This document shows, one piece after another, positions 12,579-29,475 of a stretch of 64,000 bases of DNA. The stretch lies in assembly GCF_009914755.1 (NCBI RefSeq), contig NC_060926.1. One strand, written 5' to 3'. The translations under genes and the position numbers were made by a program. The notes under the pieces were generated by a model. It made no database searches. It was not told the origin of the DNA and saw only the letters and a list, made by a program, of their open reading frames with translations. Each line of letters starts with the position of its first letter. The first letter of the stretch is position 1. The stretch comes from the human T2T-CHM13v2.0 reference genome, Homo sapiens.

Positions 12579-13291
12579 GGAAGAGATTATATTTATTCTA
12601 TAAAAACCATGTAGATAGGTCACAAAACATGTTGTTAGTCTACAAAGATAGCTTGGCTTACCTTTTGATCAGGTCTTAAAAGGTAAAATAAAAGTCTAGT
12701 AAGCTGTTTTCCAGAGTGTGTTGCAAGGAGAAAGGATGCATGATAACAATGTACATTTTCATATAAAGCCTCTGCTAAGTTCTGGGCACGGGGGGCTGGG
12801 GAGGCAGGGGAATATCCATGGATTTTCTACTAACTCAGTAGATTTTTTTTCTCTCTTTATTTGAATATAGAATCCTTTTTAAATAAAATGCTTTGAACAT
12901 ACCTCCTGAAACCTGTCAAAAACACATAGAACTTTTGGTCCAGGAACCACTGATGTTGGGACTTTTTCATGCTAGACATGTAGGGAATAGTTCCAAGTCA
13001 TTTCCCTGTACGCAAGTCCTGGAATGTCTATTTTAAGAGAGGATAGTTTTCTAGCAAATTTAATAAAATATAACCTGTTCTTCCCCCCATACTATATACC
13101 TAGATGTTGCAAATACCTACAGGCCAGGCAGATGATATGAATGAATGAAGTAGGGAAATGAATAGGAAGCCATGTGTCTCATGCATATATGAGAGTCTTT
13201 ATAGAATAGATATCTCGAGATGTGGCCATGTTTGAAGATCTTTAACTTTATTAGGTGTATTAGGGTTCTTTAGAGGGAAGAACTAATAGGA

Positions 13292-13496
13292 GATATATAT
13301 ATACGTATATATATATACGTATATATATACACATATATATACATACATATATACACATATATACATATATACACATATATACATATATACACATATATAC
13401 ATATATACACATATATATACATATGTATACACATATACATATATACACACATATATATACACATATATACATATATACACATATATACATATATAT
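13292..13496. repeat. Compound (TA/CA) microsatellite, (CATATATA)n-like, about 200 bp
   Basis: Directly visible inside MLT2A; source of the MYICVY pseudo-ORFs. Confidence 0.95.
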
Positions 13497-13575
13497 GGGA
13501 GTTAAGTATAGATATAAAAAAATATATATGAAAATATATTAAAAATAATATATATATAAAGGGGAGTTTATTAAG

Positions 13576-13862
13576 TTTTTTTTTTTTTTTCTTTTTTGAG
13601 ACGAAGTTTCGCTCTGTCACCCAGGCTGGAGTGCAGTGGCGTGATCTTGGCTCACTGCAAGCTCCGCCTCCCGGGTTCTCCGCCATTCTCCTGCCTCAGC
13701 CTCCTGAGTAGCTGGGACTACAGGCACTCACTACCACGCCCAGCTAATGTTTTGTATTTTTTTTAGTAGAGACGGGGTTTCACCATGTTAGCCAGGATGG
13801 TCTCGATCTCCTGACCTCGTGATCCTCCTGCCTCGGCCTCCCAAAGTGCTGAGATTACAGGC
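13576..13862 (-). mobile_element. AluY, slightly 5' truncated
   Basis: Y diagnostics 'gcaagctccgcc', 'gccattctcc' and 'ttagccaggatgg'; TSD 'taagtttt'. Confidence 0.93.
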
Positions 13863-14779
13863 TAGTAAGTTTTAATTTACATGATCACAAGGTCCCACAA
13901 TAGGCTGTCTGCAAGCTGAGGAGCAAGGAGAGCCAGTCAGAGTCCCAAAACTGAAGAACTTGGAGTCCGATGTTCCATGGCAAGAAGCATCCAGCACGGG
14001 AGAAAGATGTAGGCTCGAGGTTAGGCCAGCTCGCCTTTTCATGTTTTTCGGCCTGCTTTATATGTGCTGGTAGCTGACTACATTACGCCCACCAGATTAA
14101 GGGTGGATCTGCCTTCCCCAGCCCACTGACTCAAATGTTAATCTCTTTTGGCAACACCCGCACAGACGCACCTAGGATGAATACTTTGTATTCTTCAATC
14201 TAATCAAGTTGACACTCAGTATTAACCATCACATTAGGTGTGGCCAAATTGATTTCCAAAGTACTTCTAGCAGTTATTTTCACTAGCACTACTAAAAAAT
14301 TCCATACATTTCATTTCTTTAAGAAGAAATAACTGACATGAAGCAGATATGGCAAAACATGTTAAATTGGGTGATTGATTGCGTGTATTTTGTTATTTTA
14401 TGTACCTTCTTTGTATGTTTGAAATAGTTCATAATTACAAAAAATCAAAAACAATAAAAGGGATAAAGAATACAAAGAATATACAGACTGTGACAAGCTG
14501 TCTAAGGCAGGCAGGCTCTGCTTAGCTCTAGCTAAGCATTGCGGTGTATAATGGCCTTATGAGTGCTGATAAATTTTCAAGAAAAGACTAAAATCCAAAT
14601 GTTTAATGTAAAATTTTCTGATATTTAAAGCAGATGTGGACCAAATGAAACATGTTAGTCTGGGATTCGACTGCCCTTTTATTTTTCCTACTTTATTTTC
14701 AACTATTTTGTTTCTGTACCCTTTATTCAGGCAAAATTGAACTTGTTATTTAGTAGAGGGATATAACAGAAATTTAGGG

Positions 14780-15120
14780 CAAAGGTTCTAGAAGTGAACT
14801 GACTGATGTAGAAACTAGACTTTATCATTACTTTCTTTGTGACCTTGGGCAAGATATTTTATCTCTATGATTCTTATTTTCTTTACTGTAAAATGGAGAC
14901 AATCATATTATTCAGATCATAGGTTTAAGATTAAATGCGACTATATACATATACAAGTTTTAAGAACAATGTCTGGCAAACAACAGTCATTGAATAAATG
15001 TTAGCTCTTATTATCATCATCTGTAAAATCAGGATAATAGCATCATTACTGTAAGGGTGGAATTAGATGATATTCGTAAAGTGCTAAATGAAGTGCCAGG
15101 CACAAATTGTAGCTATAATT
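14780..15120 (+). mobile_element. Two tandem MIR fragments
   Basis: 'gtgaccttgggcaag...ctgtaaaatggagacaat' and a second 'catctgtaaaatcaggataatag...gtgccaggcaca'. Confidence 0.75.
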
Positions 15121-15859
15121 CTTATTCCCTGAGCTTTCCCATCTATCTGTATTTATGCTAGTCCCTCTGATTTAAGGTCCTTTTTTAGTTGCTGCATGTT
15201 CACATTCTACACATTTTCAAATGTCATTTCAAATACCACCTCCTCTAGAGAGTGGTCATTCACTCATTCAAAAAATATTTATTGAGAACCCTCTTCTGAA
15301 CCCATGTCATTTTATCTTTTACGTTTACGCTTGTAATATATTGATTTTTAAATAAAAATGTCAGTTTTCAGGAGGCAGAATATATTTTTTATTCAGCTTT
15401 ATATCTCCCACCCTGGCTAACACAGGGCTAGACACTTAGTAGGCAGTAATTTTTTTTTTTAATCCAGAAAGGAAATAAACTTTATAGAAATTCTCTTCCT
15501 CTGACTAGGGGATTCAGTTACAGTGGTGGATAGGCTTCCAGCAAAAGATACACGGATTTAAAGTCTTCAAAAGATTTATCCTAATCAGAAAATGATGCTT
15601 CTCATTCTTTTTGCTACCTTTCCACAAAGATAATTGACATGTCCAAGCAACCTGGATCATTGGGAGGCTGGGACTTTGTCTCATCAGAATTGATAGTATA
15701 ACTCACTATAAATATCTTACTCATTCAAGGAACCAGAGAGCTGCCATTTTAAAATATGGCTTCCAAACAGCAATAGATTAATATGCTTAAAACTTCTTGA
15801 ATTATTTGAATTGTCTGCTAAATCCTTGACAAGGTATAATAGAATTTATTGTATTGGTT

Positions 15860-16010
15860 AGAAGAGTTCTTGGTCCCAGGAAAGTGACATTGATGCACCT
15901 CTGCTTCTAATTAGTTATGTGACCATGAACAAATCATTTTACTTCTTTAGATATAATTTCTCATATGTGTGAAGGGATAATTCATTAACTTGGGACAGTT
16001 CATAGATTCC
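15860..16010 (+). mobile_element. MIR fragment
   Basis: 'ctctgcttctaattagttatgtgaccatgaacaaatcattt'. Confidence 0.55.
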
Positions 16011-16162
16011 CTCAGGCTGTTGTTCTACTACTCCTTCACAAAAGGCTTGTGTGTGTGTGTATGTGTGTGTGTTTTGTTTTTCCATTTGGAAAAAGGCTCA
16101 AGGCAAAGTGAAGGAAGAGAAAGGAAAGTCAGGTCTCCCTCTGGTGGGTAAAAAATTATATC

Positions 16163-16451
16163 GGCCAGGTGCAGTGGCTCATGCCTGCAATCCCAGCACT
16201 TTGGGAGGCTGAGGCGGGCAGATCACGAGGTCACGAGATCGACACCATCCTGGCTAACATAGTGAAACCCTGTCTCTACTAAAAAATACAAAAAATTAGC
16301 CGGGCGTGGTGGTGGGTGCCTGTAGTCCCAGCTACTCAGGAGGCTGAGGCAGGAGAATGGCCTGAACCCAGAAGGCGGAGCATGCAGTGAGCCGAGATCC
16401 TGCCACTGCACTCCAGCTTGGGCAACAGAGCGAGACTCTGTCTCAAAAAAA
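16163..16451 (+). mobile_element. AluY, full length
   Basis: 'gatcacgaggtc', 'accatcctggctaac' and 'gagaatggc'; TSD AAAAAATTATATC on both sides. Confidence 0.95.
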
Positions 16452-19100
16452 AAAAAATTATATCAGGGATATTTTGGAGGAAAGGTGATAGGTACTGGGG
16501 TAGCTGTGGGGGTCAGGAAGGAGACAGAAAAGCAAGTACTTCCATAAATGAGGCTGGGGCCATATGTTCAAGTTAGAGCAAAATGTTAATGCCATGTCTT
16601 CTTGCCTTGGAGTTTCGGGAGAGGTCAAAGGCTGAGAATACTGTTTCAGACTCTTACATTCTAAAGTGAGGTGCTTGGCATCCTAGGTGGCACTTGCAAA
16701 GGGGGTGTCCAAAATGGATTTTCTAAAAAAATTTATTACCTAGATCACATCCATATAAGGGTGAAGCTGGCGAGGCTGAGAAAGGATTTATTGGAGAAAG
16801 TTATCAGTATGTTGAATTATTCTTCTTTGTCAATCACACCCCCAACGGATGTAATGTGTAGGAGGACATTTTCCTTTCACTTTAAACCAGGTGCAAAGTT
16901 TATCTGTGTCCTTTAGATGTGAGGGTCTCCAAGGCTGGTATTTGACTCATCATGCCTGAAGGAGCTCTGGGCCAGAAGCTGAAGCTGGCCCTGTCCCCTT
17001 CTGATCCACACAGGAATGAGAACTGCAACGGAAGCAAGCTGCACTTGCTGGCTTGTGTGTGTATGGTGTGACATACGCAAGGTTTCTTGGGGACAAATGT
17101 GGAGCCCCTGGATTGATGATAGTCAGAGACTACTTGAAAGTTATCCTGTCCAAGAAGACCACTGTACAATGTGACCAGAGATGGTAGTCATTTGAAACCT
17201 AGGGGCTACTGGGAAGCGAATGGATAGCACCACATGTGCCATTTTTCCTGCACGAGAAAAAAGGATTAGCTTTGGAAGCCACATTCACAGGGCACCAATC
17301 CCAGAATCTGATAGGGCAGTAATCTGGGACATCTTCAGTCCCGTTACCTCTTTCTTTCCATTCTCTGACCCTGGAAAGAGCGCATATAGGAGAGGAAGCA
17401 GGGCAGCCCTCCCACCTGGCTTCCTTTCTCTTCCTTTCAGGCTTCCAAACTTGGGACAGAGGTGATTTGATGGAGGAGAGAAGTTCTAAATTGAGTCTTG
17501 ATTTTTTACACTGGCCTGGATAGACTTATTTGACTTTTATGCTGGGCCTCATTTTAAACAAATGCCAGAAGAAAGTTTCTTTTTATTTAATATGTAAGAG
17601 TGTCTAGAAAAGCCATGGGACTTGCCTGGGATTCTATACAGAAGGGAGAAAGAATGAGTCCATGAAGCCAGTTTAATGGGGAGAAGCAAGAAGAATATAG
17701 TTTCTTTTGTCCTTGAATAAGTCCAGCTTATTCAGTGACCAAGTTACAATGGTTTATGAGAAATATATGTAAAAGTGGAATTTTAAAAATTCACTTTTGA
17801 TTGTTAACTGAGCTTTTAAAATAAGCCACTGTTCTAAGACTGATTTACTTGGGACTCTGGATTTATTAGAATTACGTATATAAAATAAGGGAATTGGATT
17901 AGATGATCTTTTATTTCCCTTCTGAAACTGCATTTCCATGAATCTATGATTTTTAAAACTAACATGATGGTTTGAAGTGAACTTAGAAAAGATACTGCTA
18001 AAGTCTTAACACCCTAGTTTTGAATTTAAATGTCTTTAGACACTTAATATATGTTTCAATATATATTAGAATTGAATTTAGTGTGGGAATTAGATTACTA
18101 AATTATCACGTAGGGCAAATATCTGGCACACCAAGAATTATCCCTGAAACTCTCTTAAGCTGTTCAAACAGCATATCCAGTAGTTTTTTTAAGGAACAAA
18201 AGAATACATCTTCTTGGATAGTCCATCACTCCTTTATTCCTGTGGCAACTTCTATATGAGCCTCAAACTGCAGGTCATCTTCTCTGGAAGGTCTTGTGCA
18301 GCTTCCACTTTGTATTTGGGATATAGCTATGTGCTCCCTGCACACTCTGAACTCCCTCATCATAGTGGTTAACATGCTCTATTGTAACCATCTGTGTATT
18401 ACAATGGGATGTTTAACAACAGAAGAATAGTCTAAATCACTGCAAAGAGCCATGTAAAAACTTTTATTGATTTGAGGGATGACTTACTTTTAAGAATGGT
18501 CTGCAACACTCCTGGAAACAGAATGTAGCCTAGACTTGGTAGTTCATAGTCTGACTTTGGATAATAGCTACTTAAGGAAATTCGATTTAGATCATGAAAA
18601 GGAGACCAAAATGAGGTATGTCTATGCAAAGGAAATTACAAACAAGATCCGAATGTCATAATGTCATGTGCCTAACCACACGGACATTTAAATTTTGAAT
18701 CTTGGGATAATGTAACTCAAACTACCTGAGGCCAAATCATTAAACAAAAAAGCTTGATTTTATAGATGGAAGATAATTTAAATTAAATTCAAACTGTTAG
18801 CACATGGATACCATAACGTCAAATAAACATTTAGGATTTAAAGAAAGGTAAAATAATACATTTCTATGCAGCAGATTTCTCCTGGAATCTGAGAGAAAGA
18901 ACAAGAAAAGAAAAGCTATTTAAGAGAGAAATCTTACATGAAACTTGTTCATGAGATATCTTACCTGACTATTCAGCTAGCATGTCTGGCATGCTTCAGA
19001 GAAGCAATGAAACTTACATTTTTTCCTTATAATGGTTTTATTATTATAAAGTCTGTTTCATATTGATGGTATCAGAGAAATTGCAAATCTTGGGGCAACG

Positions 19101-19114
19101 CTGCCCTCTGCAGT
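19101..19114 (-). promoter_or_regulatory. CTCF-like motif (ACTGCAGAGGGCAG on minus strand)
   Basis: 12/14 match to CCASYAGRKGGCRS in unique DNA. Confidence 0.35.
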
Positions 19115-19444
19115 GAGCAGATCAAGATTATACTCTCAATTTCTAAAAAGTATTTCAACTCCTCTGGGTCAATAATTTTCTCCCAAACCAAATTGATCTA
19201 CTTGCTGAGTGAATAGATGACGAGTTTAATCTCCTTCCTATTTTGATGAGATGGGCTATACTTCTTAGAGGGTATTTTCTTGTATTTTCTTTTGGGCCTA
19301 GAGCCATCAACTCCTCTATCTTTTTTTGGCCTTTCTCTGTTCCTTCTATAATTCCAAGGTTCTCAAAGCCTTCATTCTCTTGTTTGCCCTCCTGGAGGCC
19401 ATTGTGAAGCTTAAGATATCCCAAGCCTGCAGGAGACTCTCGCT

Positions 19445-19628
19445 ATAGATATAATACAGGATGCCTGCTGAAATTTGAACTTTGCATGAACAATGAAGAC
19501 AATTTTAGTATGAGTGTGTCTGAAATCTTGCATGAGACATACGTATAAAACACCCTTTCATTTTTCAAATCTGAAATTCAAATTTAGCTGGGAATTCTCT
19601 ATTTTTATTTGCTAAATCTGCCAAGTCT
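19445..19628. mobile_element. MER53 palindromic MITE (hAT)
   Basis: Arms 'aatacaggatgcctgctgaaatttgaac' and 'tctgaaattcaaatttagctggg...tttgctaaatctgcc' are inverted repeats matching MER53. Confidence 0.8.
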
Positions 19629-21375
19629 CCCCATCCCTCCAACCCAAATACCCCAAAAGCACCCACTCAACTCACCTGACCCAAAATGTATGGGATGCAT
19701 GTACTACTACCAGCTCTTCTAGTTTTAGAGTCTCATCACACATCTTACATCAGTACCCTATTGATATATGTCCATCTGTGTGGGAGCAGGAGAGAGGGAC
19801 TACTTCCTTTCCATCTTCTCCTGGTCAAACTGGTTAAATCCTAGTAAGGTTTAATTCTTTTACCACTCCTTGGCCTGCTTTAGATTTCTCTTGTAGCCAT
19901 TTTATCCTTCCTTTTGCTGTTTTCCAGTATGTGTCCTAGAAGTTATTGGCTTAAGCAGGAACCCTCTTTGGGAAGAAGGTGGAGAGTCAGTCATGGAGTA
20001 AGATTCTGGGCCTGAAGAGGAGCTGGATATGAACTGTGGGTATAGAAGTTACAAAATCAATATCACTATTTCTTCCTAAAACTCTGGCTGATGATATTAC
20101 TTTAGAATTAGCCCCAACCCCTGTGAACTTTAGAGTTAAAAAAATCCATCCTTCAGATTGGTATAAATCTTGACCTCTCCTTACCAAGTTACATTAGAAT
20201 CAATAAATTAAGTGTAAATGATTTTATTTTGGAGTGAGGAAAGGCTTATATACCATTGGCATTAAAAGAAGTGATAAAAATAAAATGGCATATAAAGCAG
20301 ATAATCTGTGAAAGAATATTGGTTAATTTGAACCTATGTTACTCATAGTAAAAACAAAAAACTAGTATTTGTATGCCCAAAGAAGTATTTTCAGTGCCTA
20401 TGAGTGGTGGTTTCTTCCTCAGAGTAGGGAGAAATAAATTTGGAGAGTTTGGAAATACCCAGCCTTATATAAACAACTATAATAAACACTAACACAACAC
20501 AAAACCTTTTAAGAATATTAAAGGAACAGGAAGAACTTGTTCTTAATAGATTCTCAAGAGAATTATATTTCAATCCTTAGAAGCAGTCTTTCCTTTTATT
20601 TTTCAATATATTCAATGGAAAGATTTCAATAAAAAATCCAGTGGGACTACATGATAGCACCATTTTGATGTCATTATGATCTGACATTATCTGGGGAAGT
20701 AATTTCAAGTATTTCATTAGATAAATGCCTTAATGAGATTGCAAATAGTTTGAAAGAGTGGTGCATTACACTAAAAAAAATCAGTGCAAGAAAACTGATG
20801 TAGAATCACCAGATAATTCAAGTTACCTTCAGTTAGAAAAACAAGTGCTGCTATCAAAATACTATATAGCTCTGACTTCACAATTACATTTGTAGTAATT
20901 GGAATTATATTATTAAAAAGGATACAATATACGTACTTGGTACTCGGCATCCAAATCTTCAATGTTAAAGGCAAACAGAAAATTGGAATAATTGTCAAGG
21001 GATATTTAGAACAAAAAACTGCATTATTAGTTAGTTATCTGTCTAGGTAAAATGAAAGAACCACAGTCAGTCATCACTAGAAAGTTTTAGAGAAGTGCTG
21101 TCTTCTGTTTGCAGAAGTTCCATAAAAGTGAATAGCTCAATCAGATGCTTGATAATGTTCAGATGTTGATTTGAACCTCAGGGCCTTATCTAAAGTGGCT
21201 GCATTATGTATTTACTTATTATTTTTACCATTTGTCTATCAAGTACTAAAAATTGAACTTGAGTCAACTGAAGTGATACAATAATAAGTCATTTTTAAAT
21301 GTAATTGGATTTAACACTCTCAGAACACATGGAGTACATTGTTCGATTGTCTCTGGTTCTAATTGGAGGCTTTAA

Positions 21376-21540
21376 GCAGTGGTTTCAAATGTGAGTGTGC
21401 TAGGAATGTCCTGATGCTAGCAGACTTCCCCAGGAGATTTTGACTTAGTAGATCTGGGTTAGGGTTTTCAAATTTTAACAAATCCTCTAGATAATCCTGA
21501 TTATTGTGATCCAAAAACCATACTTTGAGAAATACTGACT
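21376..21540. mobile_element. MER5-family DNA transposon
   Basis: Termini 'cagtggtttcaaa'...'tttgagaaatactg'; internal 'ttagtagatctggg'. Confidence 0.7.
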
Positions 21541-22599
21541 TAAGTTTTCAGCTATTTGTTACATTTGCCATTCTTCCAGGATCCTCTTTATGTCCCAAGC
21601 AGCATTAAGCAAACATAACGTGGGTGCAGGATGTGGAGTCAGGACACATCTCACGTTCCATTCCAGTCCATCCTATTCCATTCAATTCCATTAACTTCAA
21701 CAAATATGCATTCAGCAATGGAGGGGGGGGAGGAGATGTCCAAGGAGAAGGGCTATAGATATGAACTTAAAAAATGTATTTTGCCATAAGGGATTTTTCA
21801 AACCTTTCAATGTCTGTATAATAAGGTAAAAGAAATAAAAGGATTTTATTTTATTCTCTACAATGTCCCAGGCACTTAGATCAATGCTTGTCATTTCACA
21901 TATGCTCTGTAAATATTCACTGAATGCTTAATGAATGAATTGCCAAGCAAAGTAAAATTAAATGATGTAAATATGTAAGCAATGGTCTGGAGGTGGATGG
22001 ATAAGGGAAGGAGGATAGTTGTGGGGGTTATTAATATTTCTAAAGTAGTTTCATTCCTAGAATTTGCTCTCCTCTAAATACCCTCCCTTTGTGCCTCTCA
22101 CATTACTCATGGACTATGGTAATCTTACCAGCTCATAGAATTTTAGTGAGAATTTTCTGATCTAATGGTCCAATATGGGCTTTGAGGAAGAATGGATTGG
22201 CAGTTAGAAGAGCTGTGGGTTAATCTCAGTGACTAGTTGTGTGGCAAAGCATCCTAATATCTTCCTTTTGTTGGACTAGAAGAGACAATTCAACCTGACT
22301 AATTCAAGGAGATGGTAGATGATTACTGAGAAGTTAACTAGGGGAGTGCTTTCACACAAGAGGAAAGAGGCAATTAAAAATTATGAGTTCCTGGATTACC
22401 TTCATACCAAATACTATCCTTTCCTTAGAGCTGACCCTATACAAAATTGTTGCTCAGGGGGGCTTATCTACTCATCTCCTTACACGGTGCACTCCAGCTA
22501 CTCAGGCCTATCCCATTATGCTGCTTTCTCTTTCTGGAGGGTAACTACCAAATTTCAAATCTTTTTCGTCCTTCTGCATCTCATTCTGCTGAAACAATC

Positions 22600-22922
<323 letters not shown>

Positions 22923-23341
22923 TAATTATATTAAAGTTTTAGTGAGTAATTATATTAGTAGATATTTAGGGAATGTAAAATGTTTACATTTTAATAGGTT
23001 TTCATAAGTTTCTTCTATTCAGTAAATGATTCTAATAGAAATGTCTGGTACTATGGTAGAATAAAGGAGTACTTAAATGTTTTTTTAAATTTTCTTATTG
23101 ATGCAAAGTATTTTACATATTATGGGGGTACATGGGAGTGTTTGTTATGTTATGTCATAGAGTGTGTAATTATCAGGTCAGGGTGTTTGGGGTGTCCATC
23201 ACCATGAGCATTTATCATTTCCATGTGTTGGTAACATTTCAAGTCCTCTCTTCTAGCTACTGGGAAATATACAATACATTGTTGCTAACTATAGTCACCC
23301 TACTCTGCTATGGAATATTGGGGCTTATTTGTTCTATCTAA

Positions 23342-23913
<572 letters not shown>

Positions 23914-25689
23914 GATGAAATTAGTTTTTAAAGTTCCCACATATGAGTGAAAACATGTGGCATCTGTCTTTCTGTACCTGGCTCATTTCACTTAACATAA
24001 TGACCTCCAGTTCCATTCATGTTGCTGCAAATGACAAGATTTCATTCTTATTTATTGCCAAATACTATTCCATTGTGTATATATACCATATTTACTTTGT
24101 TCATTTGTCCATCAATGGGCACTTAGGTTGTTTCCATGTCTTCGCTATTGTGAATAGCGCTGCGATAAACACATGGGTGCAAGTATCACTTTGATGTACA
24201 GATTTCTTTTCCTTTGGATAAGTAGTGAATAGTGGGATTGTTAGATTGTATGGTAGTTACATTTTTAATTTTTTGAGGAATCTCCCTACTGTTGTCCATA
24301 GTGGTTGTACCAATTTACATGTTCACCAATAGCATCTAAGAGTTCCCCTTTCTCTGCATTCTTGCCAGTATCAATTATTTTTTGTCTTTTTATTAATAGC
24401 TAGTCTAACTAGAGTAAGATGATATTTCATTGTGATTTTGATTTGCATTTCTCTGATGATCTGTGATGCTGAGCATTTTTTCCACATATCTGTTGGCCAT
24501 TTGTCTTCTTATGGGAAATGCCTATTTATGTCTTTAGTCCACTTTTAAATGGGATTATTTGTTTTTTGTTGAGTTGAGTTCCTTCTATATTTTGGATATT
24601 AGTCCCTTATTAGGTGAATAGTTTGCAAATATTTTCTCCCATTCAACAGGTTGTCTCTTTATTCTGTTGATGAACAATTTTTTGTGGTATAGAAGCTTTT
24701 TAGTTTAATATAGTCCCATTTGTCTATTTATAAAAATAGTTATCTGTACTTTTGAGGTCTTAGCCACAAAATCTTTGCCTAGACTGAGGTCTTGAAGTAT
24801 TTCCTCTATGTTTTTTTTCTACTAGTTTTATAGTTCTGTGTATTATGTTTAAGTCTTTAATCCATCTTGAGTTGATTTTTGTAGATGGTGAGAGATAGGG
24901 GTCCAGTTTCCTTCTTTTGCATACAGATATCCAATTTTTTCTAGCACCATTTATTGAAGAGGGTGTCCTTTCCTGAATATATATTCTCGGCACTGTTGTC
25001 AAAAACCAGTTGGTTGTAAATACATGGACTAATTTCAGACTCTCTATTCTGTTTCACTGGTCCATGTGTCAATTTTTATACCAATACCAAGTTGTTTTGG
25101 TTACTAGAGCTTTGTGATATATTTTGAAGTCAGATAGTGTGATAACTTCAGTTTTCCTCTTATTGATCAGGATTGCTCTGGCTGTTCTGGCTGTTTTTTG
25201 GTTCCATACAAATTTTAGGATTTTTTTTCTAATTCTGTGAAAAATGACATTGGTATTTTGATAAGTTTCGCATTAAATCTGTAGATTGGTCTGGGTAGTA
25301 GGGTCATTTTAATTGTTAATAACCCTTCTGATCCATGAGTGTGGATGTCTTTATGTTTGTAACAGCTACAATTTCTTTCATCAGTATTTTGTAGTTCTCC
25401 TTGTAGATATCTTTTACCTCTTTAGTTAAATTTATTTTTAGGTATTTTATTTTTTGGTAGCTATTGTAAATGGGATTGCCTTCTTAATTTCTTTTTCAGC
25501 TAGCTCATTTTTGGTGCATAGAAACTCTATTAATTTTTTACCCTGCAACTTACTGAATTTATGTATTGGATCTTGGAGTATTTTGGAGTATATTGGTGGA
25601 GTCTTTAGGTTTTTCTCTAGATATAAGATCATATTATCAGAAAAGAGGGACAATTTGACTTATTCATTTCCAATTTGGGTGCCTTTTAT

Positions 25690-27966
<2,277 letters not shown>

Positions 27967-28574
27967 TTCTTGCTTTTCTAGTTCCTTGATTTGTACCATT
28001 AGTTTGTTTATTTAAAATTTTCTGATTTTTTTTGACATAGTCATTTATTGCTATAAATGTCCTTCTTAATACTCCTTTTGCTATATCTTGCAACAAAAGA
28101 TTCATAACATTCATAACAGCAAACATTCATAACAGCAATTTATTCATTCATAACATTCATATGTGTAATGCATTTTTTAAAATTTCCGTATTAATTTATC
28201 AGCCCAATGGCCATGCAGGAACATGTTGTTTGATTTTCATGTATTTGTATAGTTTTCAAAGTTTCTCTTGGTATTGATTTCTAATTTTATTCCACTGTAA
28301 TCTGAGAAGATACTTGATATGAATTTGATTTTTAAAAAATAGTTAAGACTTGTTTTCTGACCTAACATGTGGTCTGTCCTAAATGTTCCATGTACTGATG
28401 AGAAGAATGTATATTCTGCAGTTGTTGGATAAAATGTTCTGTAAATATTTGGCCTATTTGGTCTAGTATGTAGTTGAAATTCAATGTTTCTTTGTTGATT
28501 TTCTGTCTAGATGATCTGTCCAATGGAATAGATTTTCTATGGTAGACACCTTTAGTACTCTAAAATGGGATAAT

Positions 28575-29340
28575 TTATTTACTCATGTATTTAAAAACTG
28601 TGTTTCAGTAACTTGTGCCAAACTCTCTTCCAGGAGCCGGGGGTGTAGCTATAAACAAGACAAACAAGTTCTGGCTCTCATGGAGCTTACATTCAATAAA
28701 CAAAGAAGCAGGTGAACAAAAATAGTATCAGCCAGTGATAAATACTTGGCAGATAATTAAAGCAGAGTGATGTGATAGAGAATGATAGAAATGCTTATTG
28801 TAGGCTGTGTGGTCAGGAAAACCTCTCTGGAAAGCTGATGTTTAGACTGAGATCTGAATGACAAGCAGATGCCAGCCAGATGAAGATCAAAGTCAAGAGA
28901 ATCTCAAGAAAAGAGCACTAGCACCATAGTATTAATGCAGGTATGAACTTGATGGGCAAGTTGCAGCAACAGGGAAGCCAAAGGGGAGAGTGATATGAGA
29001 CCAGATTGGAGAGGTAAGCAAGGGCCAAGTTACACATGGCTTTCTAAAGTGGGTGAGAGGTTTGGATTTTATTTTAAGTGCAGTGAAAAGCCATTGGGGA
29101 TTTTAAAAGCAGAGTAGTATACTGTATTTTACAGAGGTCACTCTGGTTGCTATGGGGAAAGCAGCTTGTGGGAGGCCCAGAGGGGAAGCTGGGTGATGTG
29201 TTTGGAGACTACTGTGCTATCTGGGTGAAAGATGCTGGTAGGTTTGATGAAATAGAAGTGGTTGGCTTTGTTATACAATTATTTGATGATAGCAGAGCTA
29301 AGAGAGCACGTTTATGAATTAAATGGGATTGAAGAAAAGA
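28575..29340 (-). mobile_element. L2 LINE fragment
   Basis: 'ctctcatggagcttacattc' and 'tttggattttattttaagtgcagtgaaaagccattgg' are antisense L2 motifs. Confidence 0.8.
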
Positions 29341-29475
29341 GATAATATATATTGTGACTTCATATGACATTGTTTCCATCTAGGTACAATTAGTGTAACT
29401 TTGGGGAAGAGTTTTAATAACCTTTGGTAATTGGGTTACTGTTTTGTTAAGTAAGTTATTTTTATACTTGGGCAC

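Larger units (their letters stand above)
13256..14233 (-). mobile_element. ERVL solo LTR MLT2A (HERV-L LTR) carrying a microsatellite and an AluY
   Basis: Ends 'caagttgacactcagtattaaccatcaca' and 'tgtattagggttct'; perfect 5-bp TSD TTAGG at 13251-13255 and 14234-14238. Confidence 0.92.

Noticed and set aside
13260-13686. MYICVY-repeat ORFs
   Set aside because: Translation of the TA/CA microsatellite and Alu
16917-17461. Acceptor-like sites at 16917 and 17440 (also 36653) and a strong donor CAGAG|GTAAGA near 41623
   Set aside because: Isolated splice-like motifs without paired partners or frame; could be lncRNA exons but unsupported here
21655-21700. ATTCC-like pentamers resembling satellite II/III
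   Set aside because: Only a few degenerate units; more likely a decayed L2 tail
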